Positions 10,842 through 20,905 of a stretch of DNA of 43,533 bases are shown here, piece after piece. The notes beneath the pieces are model-generated. The model did not search any database and was not told where the DNA came from. It was given only the letters and a program-made list of their open reading frames with translations. The DNA is from Deinococcales bacterium. GTDB taxonomy: Bacteria > Deinococcota > Deinococci > Deinococcales > JAAFIG01. The position numbers and the translations under genes are program-made. The stretch lies in the NCBI GenBank assembly GCA_043778225.1, contig JAYWGM010000011.1:1-43533 (forward strand), given 5' to 3'. Every line of letters starts with the position of its first letter. Within the stretch, counting starts at the first letter, position 1.

Positions 10842-11303
10842 ATGGCAATTAAAGCCCGTAGTTTTCGTGATGCCAAAGCCCAAGCCAAATCCAACCCCGA
10901 GTTGGTCTGGTGGGTTTTTATGCGCCTGTCTGGTTCGGCGCTGGTGGTGCTGACGCTGTTTCATTTGTTCAAAAACCATATTGCTGTGGACGAAGGCAGT
11001 TGGGATTACGAGCAAATCGCCTCGAGTTACGCTGGCTGGTGGAACAAACTGTATTTGTTTGCACTTTTAACCCTTGGTTTGGTGCATGGGGCTAATGGCA
11101 TTCGTTATGTAATAGATGACTTCACCGCCAAAAAGCCCGCCGCCCGTTTCTGGGTTAAAAGTGTCACCTTTAGCCTGATTGGTGCAGTCTTGGTCTTTGG
11201 GATGCTGGCATTGATTGTAGACCTACCTGTACCAGGCGTGGATTGTGTCTATCCAGCCAACTCTGACCCCGCCGCGACCAATCGCGGTGTACCCAATTGC
11301 TGA
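10842..11303 (+). CDS. sdhD: Succinate dehydrogenase membrane anchor
   Basis: WVFMRLSG, HGANGIRYVIDD; alternative start at 10836. Confidence 0.88.
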   Translation: MAIKARSFRDAKAQAKSNPELVWWVFMRLSGSALVVLTLFHLFKNHIAVDEGSWDYEQIASSYAGWWNKLYLFALLTLGLVHGANGIRYVIDDFTAKKPAARFWVKSVTFSLIGAVLVFGMLALIVDLPVPGVDCVYPANSDPAATNRGVPNC

Positions 11304-11320
11304 GCCCCTGAGGAGTGATT

Positions 11321-13075
11321 ATGCAAGTTCATAAATATGATGTGATAGTCGTTGGTGCTGGCGGCAGTGGCTTAATGTCGGCTTTGTATGCCAAGAAAAA
11401 TGCCTTGGGTAGCGTAGCAGTTATTTCCAAGCTCTATCCGACCCGTTCGCACACCGGCGCAGCCCAAGGCGGGGTTGGGGCGGCTCTTGGCAATGTGGAC
11501 GAAGACCATTGGGAATGGCATATGTTCGACACGATTAAGGGCGGCGATTACCTGACCGACCAAGATGCTGCCGAAATTTTTGCCAAAGATGTAATCGAAG
11601 CGGTGCTTGAACTCGAGCATATGGGCTTACCGTTTAGCCGCTTGCCCAACGGTAAAATCGCCCAGCGCCGCTTTGGTGGACACACCCGAGAATTTGGCAA
11701 AGCTCCAGTTCATCGTGCCTGTTATGCGGCTGACCGCACCGGGCATATGATTTTACAGACGCTTTATCAGCAGAGTATTAAACAGGGTGTGACTTTTTAC
11801 AACGAATACGTGGTCTTGGACTTAATTCTCGAGGACGACATCGAAGGTAAAGTCTGCAAAGGCGTGGTGGCTTACGAACTGGCAAGCGGCGAAATGCACA
11901 CTTTCCATGCCAAAAGCGTGGTCTTAGCTTCGGGTGGCAACGGGCGGATGTTCAAAGTGACCTCCAACGCCCACGCCCTGACCGGCGACTTGACCAGCAT
12001 TGCGTACCGCCGTGGAATCCCACTCGAGGACATGGAATTTTATCAGTTTCACCCAACTGGCTTGTATAAACTTGGGGTGCTGCTCACCGAAGGCGTGCGT
12101 GGCGAAGGTGGTATTTTACGCAACTCGAGCGGCGAACGTTTTATGGAGCGCTACGCCCCAACGATCAAAGACCTTGCGCCACGCGATATTGTTTCGCGCA
12201 GTATGTACTTTGAAATCCGCGAAGGGCGTGGCTGTGGACCAAACAAGGATTACATCCACTTGGATGTGACCCACATTGACCCCAAAATTCTCGAGGAACG
12301 CCTGCCCGACATCATGGATTTTAGCCGCACTTACTTGCGGGTCGAGCCAACCAAAGAACCAGTACCGATTCAGCCGACTGCCCACTACACGATGGGTGGC
12401 ATCCCAACCACGCTGGACGGCGAAGTGATTTACGGTACAACCAACGACACCAAAGTGCGTGGTTTATTTGCGGCTGGCGAAGTGGCGTGTGTGAGTTTAC
12501 ACGGCGCAAACCGACTCGGCACAAACAGCCTTGGCGATTTAATCGTCTTTGGGCGCAGGGCTGGAGTCACGGCTGCTAAATACGCCAACAAAACCGAACT
12601 CGAGCCACTGCCTTTGGATGCTGACCAACGGGCGCTGGATTTGGTTAATCGTACCAAAAACGCCAGTGGTAAAGAAAGCGTGGCTAAAATCCGCCTCGAG
12701 ATGCAGCAAACGATGCAGGACAACGCTTCGGTTTTCCGCACCGAAGAAACGCTCTCGAGCCAAGTCGAAATTTTGCGCGGCTTAATCGAGCGCTACAAAA
12801 ACATCGGCATCACCGACCGTGGCGAGCGCTTCAACACCGAACTTTTAGAAGCCATTGAGCTTGGCTTTTTGCTTGATAACGCCGAAGCACTGGTTCACAG
12901 CGCCCTCAATCGCCGTGAGTCTCGAGGCGCACACGCCCGAGAAGACTACACCGAGCGCAACGATACCCAGTTCTTAAAGCACACGATGTGCTACCAACTC
13001 GAGCCGGGCAAAACCGAAATCAGATGGAAAGATGTGGTCTTGGGTAAGTACGAACCCAAACCGAGAACGTATTAA
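11321..13075 (+). CDS. sdhA: Succinate dehydrogenase flavoprotein
   Basis: [16 protein letters not shown] covalent-FAD motif, [19 protein letters not shown]. Confidence 0.97.
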   Translation: MQVHKYDVIVVGAGGSGLMSALYAKKNALGSVAVISKLYPTRSHTGAAQGGVGAALGNVDEDHWEWHMFDTIKGGDYLTDQDAAEIFAKDVIEAVLELEHMGLPFSRLPNGKIAQRRFGGHTREFGKAPVHRACYAADRTGHMILQTLYQQSIKQGVTFYNEYVVLDLILEDDIEGKVCKGVVAYELASGEMHTFHAKSVVLASGGNGRMFKVTSNAHALTGDLTSIAYRRGIPLEDMEFYQFHPTGLYKLGVLLTEGVRGEGGILRNSSGERFMERYAPTIKDLAPRDIVSRSMYFEIREGRGCGPNKDYIHLDVTHIDPKILEERLPDIMDFSRTYLRVEPTKEPVPIQPTAHYTMGGIPTTLDGEVIYGTTNDTKVRGLFAAGEVACVSLHGANRLGTNSLGDLIVFGRRAGVTAAKYANKTELEPLPLDADQRALDLVNRTKNASGKESVAKIRLEMQQTMQDNASVFRTEETLSSQVEILRGLIERYKNIGITDRGERFNTELLEAIELGFLLDNAEALVHSALNRRESRGAHAREDYTERNDTQFLKHTMCYQLEPGKTEIRWKDVVLGKYEPKPRTY

Positions 13076-13118
13076 GGTTAAAAGGTAAAAAGTAAAAACC
13101 TTTTAACCCTTTAACCCT
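13074..13118. repeat. Octamer (GGTTAAAA-like) tandem array arranged as an inverted repeat
   Basis: AAGGTTAAAAGGTAAAAAGTAAAAA followed by CCTTTTAACCCTTTAACCCT between sdhA and sdhB. Confidence 0.8.
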
Positions 13119-13133
13119 CTCCAAAGGAGACCC

Positions 13134-13835
13134 ATGCAGGCAGTTTTTAAGATTAGGCGCTTTAACCCCGAAAAAGACAAGAAGCCGTACTGGGCAGAAT
13201 ATACGCTCGAGGTGGATGCCAAAGACCGCGTTTTGGATATTCTTAATCAGATTAAATGGGAACTCGATGGCAGTTTGGCGTTTCGGCGTTCTTGCGCCCA
13301 TGGCATTTGTGGCTCGGATGCGATGCTGATTAACGGCAAAAACCGCTTGGCTTGCAAGGTCTTAATGATGGACTTGGGTGGCAATACCGTGACCGTCGAG
13401 CCAATTCGTGGTTTGGCAGTCGAAAAAGATTTGATTGTTGATATGCGCCCGTTCTTTGAAAGCTACGAAGCCGTGATGCCATTTTTTATCAACGATGACC
13501 CAGCGCCGGCTCGAGAACACCTGCAAAGCCCAGAAGACCGCGATATTTATGATGCCAGTACCAAGTGTATTTTGTGTGCCTGTTGTACTACGTCCTGCCC
13601 GATTTTTTGGGTCAATGGCAGTTACTTAGGACCGGCGGCAATCGTTCAGGCACACCGCTTTATTTTTGACTCTAGGGATAAAGGCGGCGCAGCCCGCTTA
13701 GCGATGCTCAATCAAAATACTGGCGTTTGGCGTTGCCGCAGTGCTTATAACTGTACCGAAGCCTGCCCTCGAGATATTCCAATTACCGATGTGATTGGAC
13801 AAGTTAAACGGGCTATTTTGTACAGCAATACCTGA
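13134..13835 (+). CDS. sdhB: Succinate dehydrogenase iron-sulfur subunit
   Basis: SCAHGICGSD, CILCACCTTSCP, CRSAYNCTEACP. Confidence 0.97.
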   Translation: MQAVFKIRRFNPEKDKKPYWAEYTLEVDAKDRVLDILNQIKWELDGSLAFRRSCAHGICGSDAMLINGKNRLACKVLMMDLGGNTVTVEPIRGLAVEKDLIVDMRPFFESYEAVMPFFINDDPAPAREHLQSPEDRDIYDASTKCILCACCTTSCPIFWVNGSYLGPAAIVQAHRFIFDSRDKGGAARLAMLNQNTGVWRCRSAYNCTEACPRDIPITDVIGQVKRAILYSNT

Positions 13836-14048
13836 TTTATTGGGTCAGCCGCTTATTTATTCGGTCTGGCTTACAGTCCAATAGATACCCACAAATAAAT
13901 TCAATCGTAAGCCCTTTGACTGTCAATAAGCACCCGATGAGATTAGTATTATCCCCGCGCTAGAAGCCATTACTTTAGCAAATAAAACCTTAGGGCGAGG
14001 TTTTATCTGCTCGGGTCAAACATTGGCTTTGGTGCTACAGGGGGTTTT

Positions 14049-14894
14049 ATGAAAAAGTCGTTTGTTCCGCTCGTACTAGGCGCTCTTGTATTGGGCAGCG
14101 CCGCCTTAGCCGCACCACTTGAACTGAGTGCTGGCGAATTTGGTTTGGTTTACCAACTGCTCTCGATTGCGATTGCTTCGATGGGAGCAGCCTTTATTTT
14201 CTTTGTGCTGGGACGACAAAATCTAAGTACAAAATACCAACCCGCCATGTTGGTTTCGGCGCTGGTGGTGGCGGTGGCTTGCTACCACTATGTTCGTATT
14301 TTTAATTCTTGGAATGAGGCTTACGCTTTTATGGATGGCGTTTACAAAGCCACTGGTATTCCCTTTAACGATGCCTATCGCTATGCCGATTGGGTCTTGA
14401 CTGTACCGTTGTTGCTGGTCGAAGCTGTGGCGGTTTTGGCACTAGCCAGCAACATCGCTTCGGGCATGATTGGTCGTTTGGTGGTTGCGGCTTTGGCGAT
14501 GATTGTTCTGGGTTATCCGGGCGAGGTTTCGAGCGACACTGGCACACGCTTACTCTGGGGTACGCTCAGCACGATTCCATTTGTCTACATCATCTATACC
14601 CTGTTTGTCGAACTTGGCAAGTCTTTAGAACAACAACCACCTCGAGTTCAATTGTTGATGCGTAATTTGCGCTTACTGTTATTCGCATCGTGGGGTTTTT
14701 ACCCAATTGCTTACTTGTTTCCCTTGATTTTTGGCAGTCTTTCGGCAACCGGCGTTGTGGCGCTACAAGTTGGCTACAGCCTAGCCGATATTATTGCTAA
14801 GGCTGGCTTTGGCACTTTAATTTACTTTATTGCGCTCGAGAAAACCAAAGCTGATGGCGGTCTCAAGAGCAATGTTGCTGTGGCAGGTGATTGA
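14049..14894 (+). CDS. Microbial rhodopsin, xanthorhodopsin/Gloeobacter-rhodopsin clade proton pump
   Basis: RYADWVLTVPLLLVE (DTE motif), helix-B YHY His, WGTLSTIPF, retinal Lys in DIIAKAGFG, N-terminal signal-like segment. Confidence 0.94.
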   Translation: MKKSFVPLVLGALVLGSAALAAPLELSAGEFGLVYQLLSIAIASMGAAFIFFVLGRQNLSTKYQPAMLVSALVVAVACYHYVRIFNSWNEAYAFMDGVYKATGIPFNDAYRYADWVLTVPLLLVEAVAVLALASNIASGMIGRLVVAALAMIVLGYPGEVSSDTGTRLLWGTLSTIPFVYIIYTLFVELGKSLEQQPPRVQLLMRNLRLLLFASWGFYPIAYLFPLIFGSLSATGVVALQVGYSLADIIAKAGFGTLIYFIALEKTKADGGLKSNVAVAGD

Positions 14895-14896
14895 AA

Positions 14897-15103
14897 ATGA
14901 ATCAAGTCGTCGCCCGTCGTTTTATAGTGCAGCATCAGGGTTCAATTGGTTTAGCGCTCGGTGCTTTGGTCTTGCTGACCTTGCTTTTTGATTATTTTGT
15001 CGGCTTTGGTGGCGTGAATTTAATTGGGCTAAGACTGGCTTACTTTGTTTTGGTATCGCTTTTAGTGAGCTATATCTACATCACCAGTACAACCAGAAAT
15101 TAG
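14897..15103 (+). CDS. Small two-TM membrane protein downstream of rhodopsin
   Basis: ATG 3 nt after the rhodopsin stop, two hydrophobic segments, followed by a terminator. Confidence 0.6.
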   Translation: MNQVVARRFIVQHQGSIGLALGALVLLTLLFDYFVGFGGVNLIGLRLAYFVLVSLLVSYIYITSTTRN

Positions 15104-15124
15104 CCATAGGTCTCGAGGTCAACA

Positions 15125-15154
15125 AAAAACGCCACCCAAACAGGTGGCGTTTTT
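15125..15154. terminator. Bidirectional intrinsic terminator
   Basis: AAAAACGCCACC / GGTGGCGTTTTT between convergent genes. Confidence 0.85.
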
Positions 15155-15165
15155 CCATAAAATAA

Positions 15166-16086
15166 TTACTTGATAAAGCTCTTGCTCTTTAAGTATGCCC
15201 TTGCCACCTCGAGTGGAGCTTTGCCATCCACATCTATTTGCCGATTGAGGTTTTGCAGTACCGACAAGGTTAAGCCCTTAAAGACTGGATTGAGCAGCGT
15301 TGCCATCTCTGGGTATTGCTTAAACAGCACGCCGCGCACGGTTGGGGCTGGCTGGTAGACGGGTTGTGCGCCTTTGGGGTCGGTCATGGCAACCAAACCA
15401 AGGGCATCTAATGTGCCATCCGTGCCATACGCCATGGCGGCATTTGCGCCACCCGTACCTTGGGCAACGGCTTGTTGGCTTTGCGGCGGAGTGGCATTGG
15501 CGAGGGTAATTTTTTGCTCGGGTTTGAGCTTAAAGCCGTAAGTTTTTTCAAAGCTAGGCAAAGCATCGTCGCGTTCAAAAAATTCTTGGCTACCAACCAA
15601 TTTGACCGCTCCACCGGCATTGACGTATCTCGAGAAATCGACCAACGATTTAATTTTTTCTTTGCTGGCAAGCACACTTGGAATCGCAATGGCGTAAGTG
15701 TTGTTGGCTGGAGCGCGTTCGAGCCAGATGATGTTGTTCAGGCGTTGGTCAAAGGTTTTAACAGCCGCATAAGAACGGGTGGCATTTTTAGAAGTGTCGG
15801 CAGCAATTTTTTGCCCAGTAAAAAAATTGCCGATAGCGCTGCCAGTGTACTCAGGGTAAACATCTATTGCTCCCTCGAGCAGGGCTTTACGGGTCACAAA
15901 GGTGTTACCAGTCGGAATTTGGCGCTTGACTCCAAAACCAGCATTCTCGAGAACAAGGCTAATCATCTGCCCTAAAACTTGCCCTTCGCTGTCGAGCTTA
16001 CTGCCAACCACGACTTGTCCTTTTTGTGCCAATGCCAGACTGACCACTGCCAATGCCATCAGCGCCACCAAACCTTGTTTTTTCAT
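15166..16086 (-). CDS. Osmoprotectant (OsmF/OpuAC-like) ABC substrate-binding protein
   Basis: VVGSKLDSEG, IDVYPEYTG, APANNTYAIA, AMAYGTDG, QPVYQPAP; ATG 16086 has SD AGGAG. Confidence 0.88.
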   Translation of the reverse strand: MKKQGLVALMALAVVSLALAQKGQVVVGSKLDSEGQVLGQMISLVLENAGFGVKRQIPTGNTFVTRKALLEGAIDVYPEYTGSAIGNFFTGQKIAADTSKNATRSYAAVKTFDQRLNNIIWLERAPANNTYAIAIPSVLASKEKIKSLVDFSRYVNAGGAVKLVGSQEFFERDDALPSFEKTYGFKLKPEQKITLANATPPQSQQAVAQGTGGANAAMAYGTDGTLDALGLVAMTDPKGAQPVYQPAPTVRGVLFKQYPEMATLLNPVFKGLTLSVLQNLNRQIDVDGKAPLEVARAYLKSKSFIK

Positions 16087-16198
16087 AAAACTCCTTTTTG
16101 GTTCTCGGTTATAGCCTACCCGAATGATTTGGATAGACACTGTTCTGTACAAGACAAAAAAAGAAATATGGATTTGTGTCAAGTCTATGACACAGCCC

Positions 16199-16262
16199 AG
16201 ACTCGAGCCATGCCCAACTTAGTAGACTCGAGCCATGCCATACGTTGTAGACTCAAGCCGTG
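16199..16262. repeat. Degenerate 25-bp tandem triplication of the ruvC -10/start module
   Basis: AGACTCGAGCCATGCC at 16199 and 16224, AGACTCAAGCCGTG at 16249. Confidence 0.8.
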
Positions 16263-16766
16263 ATTGTGATGGGCATAGACCCCGGCTTAGCCAACCTTGG
16301 CATCGGTGTGGTGCGTGAGGACGGCAAAACACCCGTCTATTTGCACAGTGAACTGGTACGCACCTCGAGTACCGCCACGGCATCAAATCGCTTGGCATTT
16401 ATTTACAAAGCAGTCAAAATGCAAATTGAACTGCATCGCCCCGAAGCCTTAGCCCTCGAAGGACAATTTTTTCAGGCACAACACGCCATGACTGCCTTTA
16501 AGGTTGGGGAAGCTGTCGGGGTAGTCTTGCTGGCGTGTGCCGAAAGCGACATTCCTGTTTTTGAGTACAGCCCCAAAGCCGTCAAGCAAGCGATTGTCGG
16601 TACGGGCAACGCCAGCAAAGACCAAATTATTTTTATGGTACGGGCGACCTTAGCCTTGCGCGAAAACCCCAACTCGAGCCACAGTGCCGATGCCTTGGCG
16701 TTGGCACTGACCCATCTGGCTTCGCGTCGGGTTAGGCAGTTTGCGGGAATCTCGAGGATGGTCTGA
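16260..16766 (+). CDS. ruvC: Holliday junction resolvase RuvC
   Basis: GIDPG, ALEGQF, YSPKAVKQAIVGTGNASK, HSADALALA; TAGACT 6 nt before GTG. Confidence 0.95.
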   Translation: MIVMGIDPGLANLGIGVVREDGKTPVYLHSELVRTSSTATASNRLAFIYKAVKMQIELHRPEALALEGQFFQAQHAMTAFKVGEAVGVVLLACAESDIPVFEYSPKAVKQAIVGTGNASKDQIIFMVRATLALRENPNSSHSADALALALTHLASRRVRQFAGISRMV

Positions 16767-16812
16767 GCCACGGCATCGAGTCTGGTCTGAGCCACGGCAT
16801 CGAGTCTGGTCT
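16759..16812. repeat. Perfect 24-bp tandem duplication spanning the ruvC stop
   Basis: TGGTCTGAGCCACGGCATCGAGTC x2 plus TGGTCT. Confidence 0.95.
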
Positions 16813-16921
16813 AAGTTCTCGAGCAGCTTCATCATTTTTCCCATGACCAATCCGTTCGCCACGTGCTACAATCGCCAAAAGTGACCAAGTGTTTTTGGTC
16901 TGCTACCGAGGTGGTAAAATA

Positions 16922-18073
16922 ATGACAACCATGCCAGCCAACGCCGCACCTAAAGCCTCGAGCCGAGGACTGTGGCTCGTTTCTCCTGTCTACGACCTAA
17001 CCTTAATTATTTTCTCGAGCGTGCTGTTGGTACTGCCGCACATCGGCTCGGTACTGGCTGGACAATACAAATTCGATGGGGCAATCACCCCCAATGTGCT
17101 GATTGATTTGGTCGTGACCGCTTTAATTGGTGGTCCACATTTATTTGCGACCTACACCATGACTTTTATGGAGCCACGCTTTACCCAGCGCTACAAAAAA
17201 TACACATGGGGCGCACTCTTGATGCCCGTATTTGTGATTACCTTAGCCTTATGGAATTTAACGCTGCTGGTCAGCTTGTTCTTTTTTTGGGCAAGCGCCC
17301 ATATCATCCATCAAGCAGCCTATATTGCCGATTCCTACCGCTTCAAAGACCCGCGTTTTGAACTTTTTAAGCACCTTAAACGCGCCCAGATTATCTCGAG
17401 AATTATTGATTATGGGTTACTGATGACTTGCCTCTATCCGATTGCAACTTTTCGGATTACGGGTACACCGCTCTTGATTAACGGCACAAATGTTTCTTTG
17501 CCTTTTGAGACTGGCGGACGCGCCTTGTTGTTCCCAGAATTCCTCAAAAGCCCATGGGTGGCTTATGCTGCCAGTGCAGCTTTTGCAGTTTTCTTGGTGG
17601 CTTTTATTGTCAAAACCATTTGGGAATTGCGGGTCGGTTTATTTCATGGTCCTAAAACCTTGCACATGAGCGTAGCCGCAATTTTGTTTTTCCTGACTCC
17701 GTTTTTAGCCAATTTGGATGTGGCGTTTCAGGGCTTAAATGTTTGGCACTCGTTTCAATACTTAGCTGTGGTGCTGTACCTCAACCGCGTCCGAGCCGAG
17801 AAAGGTTTGATTGGCTCTGAATTTGTGGCAAGGGTCTCGAGAAGCGGACGCAGTTTGTATTGGCTATGCTTTTTATTCACCGTTGGGGCTGGTGTGGCTT
17901 ATGCTTTGGTGCGGGTAATTCTGCATTTTACGGGTGCATTTGGGGCAGATTTAGCGCAGCAGCATTATTTTGCTTTTTACAGCGTAGTCCTAAGCGCTCT
18001 ACTGATTCATTATTATTTTGACCATTTTCTATTCTTGCAAGTGGACGATGTGATTACGCCAAAATGGACGTGA
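16922..18073 (+). CDS. Polytopic membrane protein with several His motifs, function unknown
   Basis: Many TM segments; GGPHLFAT, AHIIHQ, VWHSFQY, IHYYFDH; SD GAGGTGG before ATG 16922. Confidence 0.75.
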   Translation: MTTMPANAAPKASSRGLWLVSPVYDLTLIIFSSVLLVLPHIGSVLAGQYKFDGAITPNVLIDLVVTALIGGPHLFATYTMTFMEPRFTQRYKKYTWGALLMPVFVITLALWNLTLLVSLFFFWASAHIIHQAAYIADSYRFKDPRFELFKHLKRAQIISRIIDYGLLMTCLYPIATFRITGTPLLINGTNVSLPFETGGRALLFPEFLKSPWVAYAASAAFAVFLVAFIVKTIWELRVGLFHGPKTLHMSVAAILFFLTPFLANLDVAFQGLNVWHSFQYLAVVLYLNRVRAEKGLIGSEFVARVSRSGRSLYWLCFLFTVGAGVAYALVRVILHFTGAFGADLAQQHYFAFYSVVLSALLIHYYFDHFLFLQVDDVITPKWT

Positions 18074-18603
18074 TACAAGCCGAATTCCTAAAAAGTAGCC
18101 ATAAGTTTTTCTTGTACTACAAAAACCTTGCCGAAAAAGCCATGAGCCAACTCGAGGAAAAACATTTGTTTCTCGAGCCTAGCGCTGGTGGCAACAGCAT
18201 TGCGATTATTGTGCAGCACATGAACGGCAATATGCACTCGAGATGGCAGAATTTTCCAAACACAGACGGCGAAAGTGCCACCCGTAACCGCGACGCAGAA
18301 TTTGAATTGCATTTAAGTACCCAAGCCGAACTGCTCGAGGCTTGGGAAAGTGGTTGGGCGATGGTTTTTGCGGCACTCGAGCGAATAGAGGATGTCTTAG
18401 CGCCTGTAGCCATACGTAGCGAACAAATTACGGTACTCGAGGCAGTTCAGCGTCAAGTTGCCCATTACGCCCATCATGTTGGACAGATTGTGTTGCTGGC
18501 AAAAACCATGCGCGGACAAGAATTTATCAGCCTCAGTATTGCGCGTGGTGGCTCGAGTGCTTTTAACACAGCCATGCTCGAGCAAAAAACCAAGCGACTT
18601 TAA
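18064..18603 (+). CDS. DUF1572 (DinB-like) protein
   Basis: NSIAIIVQHMNGNMHSRW, RNRDAEF, RQVAHYAHHVGQIV. Confidence 0.85.
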   Translation: MDVIQAEFLKSSHKFFLYYKNLAEKAMSQLEEKHLFLEPSAGGNSIAIIVQHMNGNMHSRWQNFPNTDGESATRNRDAEFELHLSTQAELLEAWESGWAMVFAALERIEDVLAPVAIRSEQITVLEAVQRQVAHYAHHVGQIVLLAKTMRGQEFISLSIARGGSSAFNTAMLEQKTKRL

Positions 18604-18605
18604 TT

Positions 18606-18629
18606 TTGAGGCTTGGTCTCAAGCCTCAA
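18606..18629. terminator. Hairpin between convergent genes
   Basis: TTGAGGCTTG / CAAGCCTCAA, 10-bp stem. Confidence 0.6.
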
Positions 18630-18645
18630 GCCAACCTGTATTCAT

Positions 18646-19416
18646 TCACTTGCCCGTAAATTTAGCTGGGCGTTTCTCGAGGAAGGCAGTCACGCCTTCC
18701 TTAAAATCTTGGCTTGTGCCAGCAATATCTTGCAATTGCCCTTCGTACTCGAGGGCTTCTTCAAAAGTGCTGGTCATGGCTCTATTCAGGGCGCGTTTGG
18801 TCAAGCCAATCGTCAGGGTCGGACCTCTGGCGAGTTTTTCTGCCAATTCGCTGACTCGAGCCATAAATTCGGCATCTGGATAGACCCGTTCGCACAGCCC
18901 CATGTTGTAGGCATCTTCAGCTTTAACTTTTTCGGCATTGACAGTCAGGTCAAAAGCGCGGTTATAGCCGACCAAGCGCGGTAAAAACCACGTGCTGCCG
19001 GCATCCGGAATCAGGGCAATGCCACTAAACGCCTCGACAAAAACCGCACTCTCGGCAAAGACCCGCATATCGCCAGCCAGTGCAATACTCGCCCCAGCCC
19101 CAGCCGCGATACCATTGACAGCCGTAATAATTGGCTTAGGGATGCTTCGCATTCTCGAGACCACGGGTCGGAAGGTGCGGTCAAGGTGTTCTTTCATGCT
19201 GCCGTGAATCCCAGCTTTCAGGTCAGCGCCACTGCAAAAACCACGCCCATTGCCAGTAATCACAATACAGCGCACGTTTTCGTCGCGTTCGGCAAGCGTC
19301 AGGGCTTGTGCCATTGCCGAAAGCATTTCTTCGTTGGCGGCATTTAAGGATTCTGGGCGGTTCATGGAAAGGTAAAAAACGTTATTCTCGAGCCGAGTGA
19401 TAATTGTTTCAGACAT
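18646..19416 (-). CDS. Enoyl-CoA hydratase/isomerase, PaaG-like
   Basis: GRGFCSGADL, AVNGIAAGAG, LIPDAGSTW; SD AGGAG before ATG 19416. Confidence 0.9.
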   Translation of the reverse strand: MSETIITRLENNVFYLSMNRPESLNAANEEMLSAMAQALTLAERDENVRCIVITGNGRGFCSGADLKAGIHGSMKEHLDRTFRPVVSRMRSIPKPIITAVNGIAAGAGASIALAGDMRVFAESAVFVEAFSGIALIPDAGSTWFLPRLVGYNRAFDLTVNAEKVKAEDAYNMGLCERVYPDAEFMARVSELAEKLARGPTLTIGLTKRALNRAMTSTFEEALEYEGQLQDIAGTSQDFKEGVTAFLEKRPAKFTGK

Positions 19417-19565
19417 AAAAACTCCTTTTAACTTAGTTGATATTCTACGCCTCGAGTGCAACCAGAGGTAAAGACTCAAAATAAAATTCTCGAGCAATTA
19501 ATTGTTGGCTTTCCAAACAAAAAACTGGACAGATATTATCTGCCCAGTCAAGAATTTTATGGAAA

Positions 19566-20234
19566 TTAGTATTCAACGCGAATAGATTTTTCCCACGTAA
19601 ACGCAATGATGAAGGCTTTATCCCAATTTTCTTTTGTGGCTGGGATATTCTTAGGGAACGCCACAAAACCAACTTGCACCCAAACAAAGTAACCTTCGCC
19701 CACACCGGGGGAGGGGACGTTTTTTCCATCTCCCACAATCTTGACAACATACTTTGATTGCAGAAAATTTGTTGTTTTATTGATGGTCACATCTGCGAGT
19801 TCGGGTATGCGGTCAGAGTTCATGGCTGGTTCGATTAAATCAGCTTCTGGGGGGAAAGGGTAATCTACTGGATTAGAACTTTTGGGGAACTCTAAACGTT
19901 GCCCCTCGAGAATTTGCTGCGGGTGCTTATATGGATAACCATAAGAAGATAAGTCTACTTCTGAAAGTCTGGGAGTATTAAAACCACATCTTCCACACAC
20001 ATACGCCTTAACAGTGTAGTTCTCAAGCAATTCTGATGGGGTTTCTGGAGCGCCAATAAATCCCGTTTCGGGCTGTGAGCGATTTGGTAGTTGAAATGAG
20101 AAATTAAATGTGACTGTTTCTCCTTTCTTAGCGGGTCGAGCAGGACTTTGAGAAGTGACAGGTTGATAACCATTGGTCATGGCTGGAGTGCAAGCGAATA
20201 GCACCACAACAAGTAATAAAAGAAATTTATTCAT
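19566..20234 (-). CDS. Uncharacterised lipoprotein, paralogue 2
   Basis: Lipobox LFAC; shares KSSNPxDYPFPPEADL and NWDKAF motifs with 20279-20905; SD AAGGAG. Confidence 0.8.
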   Translation of the reverse strand: MNKFLLLLVVVLFACTPAMTNGYQPVTSQSPARPAKKGETVTFNFSFQLPNRSQPETGFIGAPETPSELLENYTVKAYVCGRCGFNTPRLSEVDLSSYGYPYKHPQQILEGQRLEFPKSSNPVDYPFPPEADLIEPAMNSDRIPELADVTINKTTNFLQSKYVVKIVGDGKNVPSPGVGEGYFVWVQVGFVAFPKNIPATKENWDKAFIIAFTWEKSIRVEY

Positions 20235-20278
20235 GGTATTGGTAGCAACTCCTTTTCTTCAAGCGTTGTTTGTATCAA

Positions 20279-20905
20279 TTAGTAGCCAATACGCACAGAG
20301 GCATATTGGGAATAGCCAATAACAAAAGCCTTATCCCAGTTGGCGGGTATCGCAGCAACATTTTTAGGAAAGATAACAAATCCTGTTTGGGCAAAAACAT
20401 CGTAACCCAAACCTGGACTTGGTGGAGGAGTGGGGTTTCCATTCCCTATAATTTTCATGGTGTAACTCGAGCTAACACGATTATTGCTTGAGTCAAAAGT
20501 TGCATCCATCAATTGAGGGATTCTAGCTGCATCCATTGATGGCGTTGTTAAATCAGCTTCTGGGGGAAATGGATAATCTGCTGGATTAGAGCTTTTTTGG
20601 ACAAATCCATCAGATACAGCAACTGCATTTCCATACGGCAAGCCGTTAGGGTCACGTTTTCCGTAAACAAAACCCTTGAGGGTATAGTTGGCGATTAAAT
20701 CAGCACGGGTCTGTGGTGCGTTTGGATTCCAAATATTTGACGCATATGAGAGGTTTTCTCGGAGTTCCAGTGAACTATAAACTGTCACTACTTCCCCAAC
20801 TTTAACGACTCGAGCAGGGCTTTGTGTTGTATCTACTTCCCAACGTCCACGATTAGGGGTACAGCTAACCAACACCACAAATAATACAATTAAATGGTGT
20901 CTCAT
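20279..20905 (-). CDS. Uncharacterised lipoprotein, paralogue 1
   Basis: Start MRHHLIVLFVVLVSC (lipobox) overlaps the upstream stop as ATGA. Confidence 0.8.
   Translation of the reverse strand: MRHHLIVLFVVLVSCTPNRGRWEVDTTQSPARVVKVGEVVTVYSSLELRENLSYASNIWNPNAPQTRADLIANYTLKGFVYGKRDPNGLPYGNAVAVSDGFVQKSSNPADYPFPPEADLTTPSMDAARIPQLMDATFDSSNNRVSSSYTMKIIGNGNPTPPPSPGLGYDVFAQTGFVIFPKNVAAIPANWDKAFVIGYSQYASVRIGY

Noticed and set aside
16199..16812. CRISPR array from the 24-25-bp repeats (also 9162-9211)
   Set aside because: The units are head-to-tail, lack unique spacers, have only 2-3 copies, and no cas genes are present.
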